From a bacterium (GTDB lineage Bacteria > Zhuqueibacterota > Zhuqueibacteria > Oceanimicrobiales > Oceanimicrobiaceae): 64,000 bases of DNA. The position numbers were made by a program, and so were the translations under genes. The DNA is taken from contig JBBIIG010000006.1 of assembly GCA_037446635.1 (NCBI GenBank), positions 1 through 64,000 on the forward strand, read 5' to 3'. Each line of letters starts with the position of its first letter. Position 1 is the stretch's first letter. The notes beneath the pieces are model-generated. The model searched no databases, had not been told where the DNA came from, and worked only from the letters and a program-made list of their open reading frames with translations. Below are positions 28,883 through 39,388 of the stretch, one piece after another.

Positions 28883-30250
28883 ATGACGTTCAAAAATCAC
28901 AGAATTCTCATCGCCGATGGCGAGGGCTCGTTGATGAACGGCTTTCAGCAACAGCTTCACGAAGCGGGCTACGAAGTCGTGGCTGCGGCCAGCGGCGCCG
29001 AAGCACTGCGAAAACTGCTGCGCAATGATTTTGGCGTGTTGGTGACCGATACGACGCTGCCCGATTGCAGCGGCTTGGAGTTGTTGAGCCACGTTAAAGA
29101 GCGCGGCATTTTAACGGAAATTATCGTCCTTTCCGAGCCAGGCTCCGTTGCCGACGCCGTCGATGCCATAAAAAAAGGCGCCTACGATTATTTGGAAAAA
29201 CCGCTGCCTCCCCAGCGTTTGCATTCCGCGATCACGAACGCGCTCCAGCGGTACCTCTTACTGGCGTCGTACCGGCCGTTGCAGCAGCAGCCTGAAAACC
29301 GCACCCGCTACGAGGATTTGATTGGCCAAAGCTGCGAGATGCAGGCAGTCTATAAATTAATTGATGCGGTGGCCGATTCCACGGCCAACGTCATCATTAC
29401 CGGTGAGAGCGGCACCGGCAAAGAACTGGTGGCGCGCGCCATCCACAAAAAGAGCAGCCGCGCCAATGGGCCGTTTGTGGCGATGAATTGTTCAGCATTC
29501 CCGGTGGAAATTTTAGAAAACGAATTGTTCGGACACGAGCAGGGGGCGTTCACCGGCGCGCTCAAAGAGAAGCCCGGCTGCTTCGAGCTGGCGCACAAAG
29601 GCACGCTGTTTTTGGACGAGGTGTGTGAAATGCCGCTGGAAACTCAGGCGAAGCTGCTGCGCGCGCTGGAAGAGCGGCGGTTCCGCCGGCTCGGCGGCAA
29701 AGACGAAATCGAGGTGGACGTGCGGGTCATTTCGGCTTCCAACAAAAATCTCGAACAGGCGCTGCTGGACAAAACTCTGCGCGAAGATATTTATTATCGC
29801 CTGTGTGTGGTGGAAATCGACCTGCCGCCGCTGCGGGAGCGCCGCGGCGACATCCCACTGTTGACGAACGAGTTTGTCAAGTATTTCAGCAAAAAGAATC
29901 TTAAAAACGTGCTTGACTTTTCTCCGCAAGCCCTCGAAGCCTTGAATCGCTATCATTGGCCGGGAAACGTGCGCGAGCTGAAAAATACCGTCGAGCGGGC
30001 GGTGGTGCTGGCGCCCGGGCCGACGATTCAGCTGCGGGATTTACCAAAACGGCTGTTTAATTCAAACGGCAGCCTGCCAACATTGGATCTTCAAATCCCC
30101 ATCGGAACCAGCTTGCGCGCAGTCGAAAAAGAATTGATCCTCAAAACGCTGGATCATCTCAACAACAATAAAACGCGCACCGCGCAGACGTTGGGCATCA
30201 GTCTAAAAACGCTTCACAACAAACTCAATCTTTATAAAGCAGAAAAGTAA
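28883..30250 (+). CDS. Sigma54-dependent response regulator (NtrC family)
   Basis: Receiver; GESGTGKELVARAIH; ELFGHEQGAFTGA; WPGNVREL; Fis-type HTH. Confidence 0.96.
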   Translation: MTFKNHRILIADGEGSLMNGFQQQLHEAGYEVVAAASGAEALRKLLRNDFGVLVTDTTLPDCSGLELLSHVKERGILTEIIVLSEPGSVADAVDAIKKGAYDYLEKPLPPQRLHSAITNALQRYLLLASYRPLQQQPENRTRYEDLIGQSCEMQAVYKLIDAVADSTANVIITGESGTGKELVARAIHKKSSRANGPFVAMNCSAFPVEILENELFGHEQGAFTGALKEKPGCFELAHKGTLFLDEVCEMPLETQAKLLRALEERRFRRLGGKDEIEVDVRVISASNKNLEQALLDKTLREDIYYRLCVVEIDLPPLRERRGDIPLLTNEFVKYFSKKNLKNVLDFSPQALEALNRYHWPGNVRELKNTVERAVVLAPGPTIQLRDLPKRLFNSNGSLPTLDLQIPIGTSLRAVEKELILKTLDHLNNNKTRTAQTLGISLKTLHNKLNLYKAEK

Positions 30251-30358
30251 ACCATGAAAATTTTTCTTATTCACAGCCATTTGCGGCGGGCGCGTCTCGT
30301 TTCGTTGCGCGCCGTTAAAGCTTGATTCAAATGAAGTAGCGCGCCATCGCTAATTTAA

Positions 30359-30374
30359 TGGCATTTTCTTTGCT
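30359..30374 (+). promoter_or_regulatory. Sigma54 promoter of the downstream 378-aa gene
   Basis: TGGCAT-TTTCT-TTGCT matches TGGCAC-N5-TTGC. Confidence 0.6.
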
Positions 30375-30447
30375 TTTGTTGAAGTTTAATTGAGAGAATG
30401 CTAATCCGAATTTTGTCTTTGATAATAGAAAATACGAGGGAATTGAG

Positions 30448-31584
30448 ATGAAACATCGCGAACGGCGATTCCATATTCGTCCGCCCGCGGCCGGCGCCGC
30501 GGCCCTGCTGCTGGCTTTTCAAAATGGCCTCTTCGCTCAGATGGCCAACCCGCCAGCTTCGCCGCCAACCTTCTATTCCAAAAACATCACCCTCGCCATC
30601 GATCAGTTGGCGGTCAACCCGCGGCTGATTGAAAAAGGGAGTCAGGTCTTGTTTTTGATTTTCAGCGGCAATCCGCAATCTCCCAAACCGTGGGATTACC
30701 AGCTTTCGCGCGCCGATCGCGATGGCAGCGCCGCCTATTTTTTAACTCCCAGCGGCGTGCTCGATTACAACGTGTTAGGCAATGAGCGCGGCGTGCTTGT
30801 GCTCATGGCCATTCCGTCGCTGCAAAGCAGCGGCGACTGCGCCAATTCCTACGAAGAGATCAAAGACTGGGAATTATGGTACATCGATCTCGAAAGCGAG
30901 GAGAAACAGTTGTTGGAATCGTCCAACAATCTGCCGCTTTCTGAAGGCTACAAAATTTTAGGTCTCGCGGATCTACCCAACACCGCCGCCGGAGAAATCA
31001 TCACCCATTCGCCGGATCAACTGCACCGGCTTGTGATCCAAAGAAAGCCCGCCGGTTTTCAATATCGGGTTTCGTTTTACCGCTTGAAGGCCTCCGGCGC
31101 GCGCCAAGAAATTTTCGCCACCGAGTCGTGGCAGTCGTTTAGTGAAGTTGAATGGTGGCCGGAAGTCGTTTGGTTGGACAATCGCCGTTTTGTTACGATT
31201 CATTTTCAAAGCATATTTAACGATACCTTTCCGCAAAGCGAAGGCTTATTTTCTATTGTAGAGATTGATGTAATTTCCGGAGCGGCGGCGGAGTTGTTTC
31301 GAGATTTTTCCATTAAACCGTTTCCGCGCCTGGCGCTGAACCCCGATGCCCAGGCCATATTTTTTCAAAAGTTCGGAAGCGAAAAAGATGTTACGGAATT
31401 CTGGAAATTAAATTTGGCAGACCAGAGCGCAGCGATGGTTTACAGTGTGCGCGGCGAATTGGGGGAACCGCGTTTCTCTTCCGATGGCAAAAGTGTGGTG
31501 TTTACCGAAGTGACCGATCAGCACTTCGACATCATCCGCCTCGATTTGGATCGCAGCAGCATTCAAAATGTCGTAGGCAGATGA
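30448..31584 (+). CDS. Secreted hypothetical protein, probable TolB-like beta-propeller
   Basis: Signal-like N-terminus; SPD, LNPDA and PRFSSDGKSVVF repeat-like segments. Confidence 0.7.
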   Translation: MKHRERRFHIRPPAAGAAALLLAFQNGLFAQMANPPASPPTFYSKNITLAIDQLAVNPRLIEKGSQVLFLIFSGNPQSPKPWDYQLSRADRDGSAAYFLTPSGVLDYNVLGNERGVLVLMAIPSLQSSGDCANSYEEIKDWELWYIDLESEEKQLLESSNNLPLSEGYKILGLADLPNTAAGEIITHSPDQLHRLVIQRKPAGFQYRVSFYRLKASGARQEIFATESWQSFSEVEWWPEVVWLDNRRFVTIHFQSIFNDTFPQSEGLFSIVEIDVISGAAAELFRDFSIKPFPRLALNPDAQAIFFQKFGSEKDVTEFWKLNLADQSAAMVYSVRGELGEPRFSSDGKSVVFTEVTDQHFDIIRLDLDRSSIQNVVGR

Positions 31585-31681
31585 CATTTGAATTTTTAAA
31601 TCAAAATTCGTATTTTCAGCCTGTTTTTGATTTTTGAAAACAGGCTTTTTTGTTCGTTTATTAAAACAAGAGGAAGTCAAG

Positions 31682-32497
31682 ATGTTGAAAGATGAGCTGA
31701 GAATTGCAACCGATTTGGCCAAGGCAGCCGGCGACATCGTGCTGAAATATTATGATCAGGATAATCGTGTGGATTTAAAAAAAGAAAACGAGCCGGTTAC
31801 CCAGGCCGACCGCGCCTCCAATGAATTTATTACCTCGCGGCTGCGCCAGCTTTTCCCGGAAGACGGCATTCTCGCCGAGGAATCCAAAGACGATTTGACG
31901 CGGCTTGCCAAGCGCCGAATCTGGCTGGTGGATCCGATGGACGGCACCCGCGAGTTCATCGATAAGATTGGCGAGTTCTCGGTGATGATCGGCCTGGTGG
32001 AAAACGGCCGCCCGATTCTCGGGGTGGTGTATCAGCCCACCACTGGCGTTTTTTATTCAGCAGCCAAAAACCTCGGCGCCTTTGTTTCCCTGAATGGCGA
32101 AAAGCGGCGTCTCAAAGTTTCCGACGTTAGCGACATTTCGGCCATGACGATGGTGGTGAGCCGCTCCCACCGCGCGGCGCTGGTGGATAAAATGAAGCAC
32201 GCCCTGGGCTTGAAAAAGGAAGTCTCCTCCGGCAGCGTCGGCCTCAAAGTCGGCCTGCTGGCGCAAACCAAATGCGATTTGTATTTGCATCCGAATTCAA
32301 AAACCAAAGAGTGGGACACCTGCGCGCCGGAGATGATCCTGCGGGAAGCAGGCGGCGAAATTACCGATTGCTGGGGCGAGCCGCTGCTTTACAACAAAAA
32401 GAATGTTTACAACGACAAAGGGTTTGTGGCCAGCAACGGCCGGCGCCATCAACAAATTCTGGAAGTCATTCACCCTTACTTAAATGAGCTGACTTAG
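31682..32497 (+). CDS. CysQ/inositol monophosphatase family phosphatase
   Basis: PVTQADR, WLVDPMDGTREF, SRSH, EWDTCA; ATG at 31682 after GAGGA. Confidence 0.92.
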   Translation: MLKDELRIATDLAKAAGDIVLKYYDQDNRVDLKKENEPVTQADRASNEFITSRLRQLFPEDGILAEESKDDLTRLAKRRIWLVDPMDGTREFIDKIGEFSVMIGLVENGRPILGVVYQPTTGVFYSAAKNLGAFVSLNGEKRRLKVSDVSDISAMTMVVSRSHRAALVDKMKHALGLKKEVSSGSVGLKVGLLAQTKCDLYLHPNSKTKEWDTCAPEMILREAGGEITDCWGEPLLYNKKNVYNDKGFVASNGRRHQQILEVIHPYLNELT

Positions 32498-32586
32498 CCG
32501 CAGCCGCGCAAAAAATCTCCGGAGTCTGTTTTGATTTAATATCCGAGATTTCGAAAAAAACTCTGCGTTCTCAGCGTGCTCTGCGG
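32498..32586. repeat. Degenerate intergenic palindromic element with CTCTGCG-type sub-repeats
   Basis: CCGCAG...CTGCGG ends; CTCTGCG/CTCAGCG/CTCTGCG triplet at 32561-32586. Confidence 0.45.
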
Positions 32587-32636
32587 GGATATATTTTGTT
32601 TAAAATGAAACGCCCTATAAGCCATTTTTTTGGACG

Positions 32637-33194
32637 ATGACTTTTTATATTTTAGCCGGCGGGCGCAGCCAACGCATGGGGCGCAACAAAGCGCTGCTGA
32701 AGATCAATGGCGCAACTTTGATCGAAACCGTGATCGCGGCCGTTCCCGCCGAGACAGATAAAATAAAAATCGTTGCCAATGCGCCCGCGGCCTATCGCTT
32801 TCTGCCCTACCAAACAATCAGCGATGTCATTCCATCGTGCGGCCCCATCAGCGGCATTCACGCCGGGCTGGTGGATTCCGGCGCACCGCATAATTTTTTT
32901 CTCGCGTGCGATTTGCCGTTTTTGTCCCGGGCTGCAATTGTTGAAATAATCAATCGCTACCGCGGGCAGGATGTTTTTGGTGGGCGCACCAGCGACGGCA
33001 TTCAACCGTTGTGCGCCATTTACTCGAAATCGTGTTTGCCCACTATCGAAGCGATGATTCAGGAAAGAAACTATAGTCTTCACGAGTTGATCCAACGGGT
33101 CCATTCTGAATTTATCGATATGACCGGCCGCGCCGATTTTTTCAACCTCAACACGCCGGCGGATTGGCAAAGTTTGGTCAATCGCACCTCGTAA
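32637..33194 (+). CDS. mobA: Molybdenum cofactor guanylyltransferase
   Basis: ILAGGRSQRMGRNKALL, GPISGIHAGL, ACDLPF, QPLCAIY, NLNTPAD. Confidence 0.92.
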   Translation: MTFYILAGGRSQRMGRNKALLKINGATLIETVIAAVPAETDKIKIVANAPAAYRFLPYQTISDVIPSCGPISGIHAGLVDSGAPHNFFLACDLPFLSRAAIVEIINRYRGQDVFGGRTSDGIQPLCAIYSKSCLPTIEAMIQERNYSLHELIQRVHSEFIDMTGRADFFNLNTPADWQSLVNRTS

Positions 33195-33202
33195 GAATTC
33201 TC

Positions 33203-33230
33203 TTTACATAGTTAAAATAATTTCTATATT
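33203..33230 (+). promoter_or_regulatory. Sigma70-type promoter of the acyltransferase gene
   Basis: TTTACA-N16-TATATT. Confidence 0.45.
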
Positions 33231-33258
33231 AGTAACTTTTGAAATTAGAAAAGCCTCT

Positions 33259-34032
33259 ATGTCAAAATCATACACCAAACTGTGGATGAATCGCAGTTGG
33301 TTATTTCGCATAACCTGGCCGATCAGCAATTATATTTTGACCAACTTGTCGGTCACCATCGGCTACATTTTTTTTCATTTCTTCAATCGCACGATTGTGA
33401 TTGGCAAGAAAAACGTGCCGCAGCAAGCCAACACGCTTTTGCTTTCCAATCATCAGACCATGATCGACAACTTTCTGGTGGGCATGTGCGCCTTCTACCC
33501 CAGGTCGCTGATCAAACCATCGCTCATTCCGTGGAATCCGGCCGCTGAAGAGAATTTTTATCGCAACTCGGTTCTGGCCTGGCTGGCCGACAACTGGAAG
33601 TGCATCCCCATCAAAAAGGGGCGCAAAGACGTGGGCGCGATTTTTAAAATGGCCGAGGCGCTGCGTTCCGGCCCGATGATTTTGTTTCCGGAGGGGACGC
33701 GTTCCCGCGACGGCGCCATCGGCAAGGCGCGCGGAGGCGCCGGCTTGCTGATTTTGGAGACCCGCCCGACGGTGATTCCGGTGTGCGTCGATGGCATGGA
33801 CGCGCTGCTGCCAGTAGGGGCGGCGCTGCCGCGATTGTTCAAACGAATCTACGTTTATTATGGCGAACCCATCGATCTTTCGGAGTATTACGATCGCGGG
33901 AAAAACAAACAAGTGGCGCAAGAGATCATAAACCTGGTCATGGACCGCATCCGTACCATGCGCGCGGAGATTCAGGCCATGAAGGCCTACAAAAAAACCT
34001 ACGAGGGCAAACCGGCGCTGCTCAGAAAATAA
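33259..34032 (+). CDS. Lysophospholipid acyltransferase (PlsC family)
   Basis: SNHQTMID (HX4D) and LFPEGTRSRDG. Confidence 0.93.
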   Translation: MSKSYTKLWMNRSWLFRITWPISNYILTNLSVTIGYIFFHFFNRTIVIGKKNVPQQANTLLLSNHQTMIDNFLVGMCAFYPRSLIKPSLIPWNPAAEENFYRNSVLAWLADNWKCIPIKKGRKDVGAIFKMAEALRSGPMILFPEGTRSRDGAIGKARGGAGLLILETRPTVIPVCVDGMDALLPVGAALPRLFKRIYVYYGEPIDLSEYYDRGKNKQVAQEIINLVMDRIRTMRAEIQAMKAYKKTYEGKPALLRK

Positions 34033-34309
34033 GCTCCCGCCTGTAAAAATTCGCTTCCATCTTTCCATCTAAATTTTTATATTGCCCGTTCAAAACGATT
34101 TGGAAGATTTTTTGACGCTCAAACGTTTCAAATGAATAAAACGAGAATTCGAGGCGCCGTTTACGCCCTAATTAGTTTATGCGGGTTGGGGTATGAACTG
34201 ATGTTCATCCAGCCGCCGCGGATGTTTTTGCTGTTGATGTACAGCTTGATCATTGCCATCGGGTTGTTGTATATCTTCAGATTTTCGGACCAATAATCCT
34301 ATCGCTGTT

Positions 34310-37300
34310 ATGCAGACAAAATTGTCGAGAGCCGTCCTTTGTTTTCTTTTCATTTGCGCCGCCGCCATCGCGCGCGAAAGCGGCAACCCAGCCGTGCAGA
34401 TTTTGAGCGCCACCGCGAACGGTATCACTCTCGAATGGACCATTCGCGGCTGGCGCCTGGACGCCCTCCCGGTTGCTGGCCAAGATTTCGCCCTCATTAG
34501 TTTTGAGGGCGCGACCGTCATCGACGAGCCGGGGCTGCCGCAAATTCCCTATTTCACAGAGGTGATTGGAATTCCGGTCGGCGCCAGCGTCCGCTATCAA
34601 ATTCTCGAAGCCGACTACGAGATTCTTGAGCCCTTCAAGCTCTTGCCGCACCCTACTTTAAAAAACGTGGATGATGAAGTTTTATGGGACATCGAGCCGA
34701 ACCCGGAGGTTTACGCCAGCGCGGAGCCGTTCCCCGCGGAGTTGGTGAGCGTCGATCCGCCGGCCTTTTTTCGCGATCAGCAAATTGTGCGGGTGCAAGC
34801 GGCGGGCGCGCGTTTTCTTCCCAACAAAAATCAAATTTGGAAATATAATCGTATCGTGCTGCAAATCGAATTCGTTGGCGGGCAGCCCCGTGTGCAACGC
34901 GCCGGCGGCATCACCAGCGAGTCGGAGGAACGACTCTATCGCGGGGCGCTGCTCAATTACCAGCAGGCGAGGGATTGGCGGCAAAGCCGGCCCCGCTCCT
35001 CCAAAATCAATCAAACCTCCAGCGTCTTCGAATTTGGAACGTTGTACAAATTTAACGTGCAGCAGGAGGGCATTTATAAAATCGACGGCGCGTTTTTGGA
35101 ATCTCAAAACATCAATCTCAGCAGCATTGCGCCGGCGAAGATTCGCCTTTTCAACAACGGCGGCCGCGAGCTGCCGACCGCGCTGACCGCCCCGCGGCCG
35201 CAGGGGCTGGTTGAGAACGCCATTCTGGTAGTGGATGGCGGCGACGGCCGTTTCGATCGCAGCGATTACATTCTTTTTTATGGCGTCGGCGTCGAGGGCT
35301 GGGAGTACAATCCAACCTCGGCGAGATTTTCACATTACATTCACCACCACGCCACCGCCAACGTCTATTGGCTATCCTTTGATGGCCAGGAGGATGGCTT
35401 GCGCATGGCGCAGGTGACCTCTGGGTTGCCCGGCGCGTCGATTCAAGAGACCTATCAGGGATTAGCTTTTCTTGAGGAAGAATTGACTAACCCCGTGCGC
35501 TCCGGCTTGAATTTTTTCGGCCGCCAGTTTGCTATTAACGAGCTCGATCAGCGGCGCACCTTTACGTTGGATTTGCCCAACGCTTTAGCCAGCCCGGCAG
35601 AGCTGCAAATTCGTTTCGCGGCGCTGAACGCCGGCATCCATCGCTTCGCTCTTTCGCTGAATAATATTTCGCTGGGCTTGCGGCAATTTTCCGGAGTGGC
35701 GCCTTTGATTCAGCCGTATCTGATTTTGAAAGCCGGCAATTTTATGGTGCCCGTGGAGAACGCTCTCGTCGCCGGCGCCAACAGTTTGCAGCTCTCCTAT
35801 TCCCACTTAACCAGCGGCGGCCAGCCCTCCACCAGCGGCCAGGCGTTTCTGGATTGGTTCGAGCTGTTTTACACGGCGCAGTTGCGAGCCGTGGATAATG
35901 AATTGGCGTTTACCGTTTCTCCCCAAGATGCGCCGCAAACCTACCGCATCGCTAATTTCAGCAGCGGCGTCGAGCTTTACGATATCACCAACTTTGCCAG
36001 CGTTCAGAAAATTGTGAACTTCGAGTTTTCCGGCGGCAGCGTCACTTTCACCGATGACCAGCCTAGTGGTTTGCCGAAACGGTTTTTGGCGCTGACACCG
36101 GCAAAATATAAGACGATTCAAAATCTCGAACGCGCGGAAGTGGCGGATTTGCGAAATCCACTGCTGGCCGCGGAATTTATCATCATCACTCACGAGGATT
36201 TTTACTCGGAAGCCCAGCGTCTGGAAAGCCTGCGGGAAAACGGCAGCCCGGAAAATCGTATGCAGACCGAAGTGGTGCGGATTTCGGATATCTTCGCCAA
36301 TTTTTCCGGTGGGCTAATGGATCCAACCGCGATCCGCGATTTCATCAAACATGCGTACGACAATTGGAGCATCCGCCCGGCCTACGTTCTGCTGTTGGGC
36401 GACGGCGATTTCGATCCCAAAAACATCACCAGCCGCAGCGACAAAAATTGGGTTCCGACGTTCCAAACCGATGACCTGAGAACTAGTGATCGTATCGAGG
36501 AGCTGGGGACGCGCACCTCCGACAGTTGGTTCACCTATGTCTCCGGAAACGATGCCGTGATGGATTTGGCCATCGGCCGCTTGACGGTGCAAACCTTAAG
36601 CGAGGCGCGGAGTGCGGTGGATAAGATCATCGCGTATGAGACCCAACCGCAATTTGGCGGCTGGCGCAACACCATCACGATGGTGGGAGACGACGAGTTG
36701 GTGAACAACGGCCGCCCCGGTTTTGGCGACTATGTGCACATCCTGCAAACCGAAACCATCGCCGAAGTGGACCTGCCCGACAATTTTGACTTGGAAAAAA
36801 TTTATCTCTCCGAATATCCGAAAGTGATCGGCGCATCGGTGGGCGGCGTGCGCAAGCCCGCAGCCAAAGAGGCGCTCATCCAGCAGATCAACAAAGGCAC
36901 GTTGATTGTGAATTACATCGGTCACGGCAACCCCACCATTTGGGCGCACGAGGCCGTTTTTGAGCAGGCCGATAACCCCCGCGTCCAGAATCCCGGGCGG
37001 CTGGCGTTTTTTGTGGCGGCCACTTGCGACTGGGCGCTGTTCGACAACCCCGAGCGCCAGAGCCAGGCCGAGGAATTATTGTTGGCTGAAAACCGCGGCG
37101 CCATCGGCATTCTAACCGCCGCGCGGCTGGTTTTTTCCAGCAGCAATTTCGCTTTTAACCGGTTTTTCTATCGCGGCTTGTTCGACGCCGATGCGGTCAA
37201 TCCGTTAGGAGACGCCTTTCTTTACACGCGCTTGCGCACCAGCAACGTCACCAACGACGAAAAATTTCACCTCTTCGGCGATCCCACCCTGCGGCTCGGC

Positions 37301-38440
37301 GCCCCGAAATATCAGGCCGTCATCACCGCCATGAACCCGGACTCTATTCTCGCCCTGAGCACGGTAGAAGTGTCCGGCGAAGTGCAGCGCGACGGCCAAC
37401 TCTGGAGCGATTTTAACGGCAAAGCGCTGATTAACACCTTCGATTCCAAAAAGTTTGTGCAGCACAACACCGAAGTTGGGGTGGTGCAGGAGTACTTTTT
37501 GCCGGGCAACGCCATTTACCGCGGCGCGGTGAGCGTTGAAAATGGCCGCTTCACCGCAAAATTTATTGTGCCGAAAGACATCTCCTACGGCGGCAATCGT
37601 GCGCGGGTCAGCGCCTACGTTTGGAACGACGATGTTGATGGCGTCGGATTTCGCGACAACATTCTCGTCAGCAGCACCTCATCGAATTTGGTGGATCGCG
37701 AGGGCCCGCAAATGAGGGTTTACTTTGCCGGTCGTGACAATTTTGTTTCCGGCGATATAATTAATGACAACGCCACGCTGGTGGTGGAACTCGCGGATTC
37801 GGTGAGCGGCGTCAACATCACCGGCGAGATTGGCCACGGCCTGACCCTCACCATCGACCCGGATGAAGAAACCTGTCTCTCCCAACTCAACCGCTTTTTG
37901 GGAATCAGCAGCATCGAGTTGACGGATTTGTTCCAATTTGATGAAGGCAGCCACCTCAGCGGCCGGGTGGAGTTTCCTCTGCAATTTCCAGAGACCGTCA
38001 ACATCGCCGGGCGGGAGGTGGAGTGCACGCCGCCGGGAAGCAGCGAGCGCCGGCATAAGCTGATGATTAAAGCGTGGGACAACGCTAACAACTCCAGCAC
38101 GACGACGGTTGAGGTGGTCGTGGTGGCCTCCGAAGAGTTGGTGCTGCGCGACGTGCTCAACTACCCGAACCCGTTTCAGCAATCCACCACTTTCACGTTT
38201 ATTTCAAACCACGATGCGGAAGTGACCATTAAAATTTATACCGTGGCCGGCCAACTCATACAGACAATCGCAAATCAGTTCGCGCGCAGCGGCTTCAACA
38301 TGATCGATTGGGACGGCCGCGACGCCGCCGGCGATCTGCCGGCCAACGGCATCTATTTGTACAAGCTGATTGCGCGCTCGCTCACCATCTCCGATTCGAA
38401 ACCAAAAGAGGTGGTTGGTAAATTGGCGATTGTGCGTTAA
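34310..38440 (+). CDS. porU: Type IX secretion sortase PorU-like protein (peptidase C25)
   Basis: C25 propeptide region; YVLLLGDG; AIGRL; NYIGHG (His) and ATCD (Cys); LFGDP; FIVPKDI; KAWDNANN; C-terminal NYPNPF/WDGRD T9SS-type domain. Confidence 0.9.
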   Translation: MQTKLSRAVLCFLFICAAAIARESGNPAVQILSATANGITLEWTIRGWRLDALPVAGQDFALISFEGATVIDEPGLPQIPYFTEVIGIPVGASVRYQILEADYEILEPFKLLPHPTLKNVDDEVLWDIEPNPEVYASAEPFPAELVSVDPPAFFRDQQIVRVQAAGARFLPNKNQIWKYNRIVLQIEFVGGQPRVQRAGGITSESEERLYRGALLNYQQARDWRQSRPRSSKINQTSSVFEFGTLYKFNVQQEGIYKIDGAFLESQNINLSSIAPAKIRLFNNGGRELPTALTAPRPQGLVENAILVVDGGDGRFDRSDYILFYGVGVEGWEYNPTSARFSHYIHHHATANVYWLSFDGQEDGLRMAQVTSGLPGASIQETYQGLAFLEEELTNPVRSGLNFFGRQFAINELDQRRTFTLDLPNALASPAELQIRFAALNAGIHRFALSLNNISLGLRQFSGVAPLIQPYLILKAGNFMVPVENALVAGANSLQLSYSHLTSGGQPSTSGQAFLDWFELFYTAQLRAVDNELAFTVSPQDAPQTYRIANFSSGVELYDITNFASVQKIVNFEFSGGSVTFTDDQPSGLPKRFLALTPAKYKTIQNLERAEVADLRNPLLAAEFIIITHEDFYSEAQRLESLRENGSPENRMQTEVVRISDIFANFSGGLMDPTAIRDFIKHAYDNWSIRPAYVLLLGDGDFDPKNITSRSDKNWVPTFQTDDLRTSDRIEELGTRTSDSWFTYVSGNDAVMDLAIGRLTVQTLSEARSAVDKIIAYETQPQFGGWRNTITMVGDDELVNNGRPGFGDYVHILQTETIAEVDLPDNFDLEKIYLSEYPKVIGASVGGVRKPAAKEALIQQINKGTLIVNYIGHGNPTIWAHEAVFEQADNPRVQNPGRLAFFVAATCDWALFDNPERQSQAEELLLAENRGAIGILTAARLVFSSSNFAFNRFFYRGLFDADAVNPLGDAFLYTRLRTSNVTNDEKFHLFGDPTLRLGAPKYQAVITAMNPDSILALSTVEVSGEVQRDGQLWSDFNGKALINTFDSKKFVQHNTEVGVVQEYFLPGNAIYRGAVSVENGRFTAKFIVPKDISYGGNRARVSAYVWNDDVDGVGFRDNILVSSTSSNLVDREGPQMRVYFAGRDNFVSGDIINDNATLVVELADSVSGVNITGEIGHGLTLTIDPDEETCLSQLNRFLGISSIELTDLFQFDEGSHLSGRVEFPLQFPETVNIAGREVECTPPGSSERRHKLMIKAWDNANNSSTTTVEVVVVASEELVLRDVLNYPNPFQQSTTFTFISNHDAEVTIKIYTVAGQLIQTIANQFARSGFNMIDWDGRDAAGDLPANGIYLYKLIARSLTISDSKPKEVVGKLAIVR

Positions 38441-38464
38441 TTTTTAAATTCAATTGAGGAAAAT

Positions 38465-39007
38465 ATGCGAAGACAAACTTTTTGGCTTTTGATGGCGGCG
38501 ACCGTGGCGCTCAGCGTGCTGGCTTTTCAGATTTTTGCCCGCCAAAACGCCCAAACTAAAAAGCAAGAAACGCAAGCTCTCGAGTGGCACACGTTCGACA
38601 AAGGTTATGAGCGGGCGTTGAAGGAAAAGAAATTGCTGGTGATCGATTTTTACACCGATTGGTGCCACTGGTGCAAAGTGATGGATCGCGAAACCTATGG
38701 CAATAAAACGGTGATCGATTATGCCCGCCAAAACGCCATCCTGGCGAAGGTCAACGCCGAGACCGATGAAAAATACAAATTCAAAGAAGCGAGTTATTCC
38801 GGCCGCGAGTTAAGCATGATGTTTGGCGTGCGCGGCTTTCCTACCACCAGTTTTATGAATGAAAAAGGGGAATTGCTCACCTCCGTCTCCGGCTACATTC
38901 CGGCGGAGAGGTTTTTGGTGATTCTGAAATATTTTGCCGGCAACTGGTACGACAAAATGAGTTTCGATGAATTTCAGAAGAATCAACAAGCCAAAAGCAA
39001 GGGTTGA
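38465..39007 (+). CDS. Exported thioredoxin-fold protein
   Basis: Signal peptide; DFYTDWCHWCKVM; GVRGFPT. Confidence 0.9.
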   Translation: MRRQTFWLLMAATVALSVLAFQIFARQNAQTKKQETQALEWHTFDKGYERALKEKKLLVIDFYTDWCHWCKVMDRETYGNKTVIDYARQNAILAKVNAETDEKYKFKEASYSGRELSMMFGVRGFPTTSFMNEKGELLTSVSGYIPAERFLVILKYFAGNWYDKMSFDEFQKNQQAKSKG

Positions 39008-39230
39008 AATCTACTCGAAACCCGACTGCCACCTTTGCGACGAAGCCAAGGCCGTGTTGCTGCGGGTTCGCAAGCGATATCCTTTCGAGTTGCTGGAAGT
39101 GGATATCACGCAGGACGGCCGCTACGATGAATTCCGAGAACAAATCCCCGTGATTTTTGTCAACGAGCGCAAGGCCTTCAAGTATCGAGTTGACGAGCGG
39201 GAATTCATCCGCAAACTCGAACAGGTGTAG
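38967..39230 (+). CDS. Glutaredoxin-like (DUF836) protein
   Basis: YSKPDCHLCDEAK...EVDI...IPVIFVN; start uncertain. Confidence 0.85.
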   Translation: MNFRRINKPKARVEIYSKPDCHLCDEAKAVLLRVRKRYPFELLEVDITQDGRYDEFREQIPVIFVNERKAFKYRVDEREFIRKLEQV

Positions 39231-39388
39231 CGCTCATCACCCGCGCCCAATCGTAGTCCGAATTCTTTTAACACCGAATGCCATTGAGAATTCTTTAGAT
39301 TCAGAGAGGCCACTTGTTCAAAGTTCAAAACCAAAAATTCAGTGGGCTTCGGTCTTCGCTGTTGAACATTTTTCAAGCTAAATACAGG

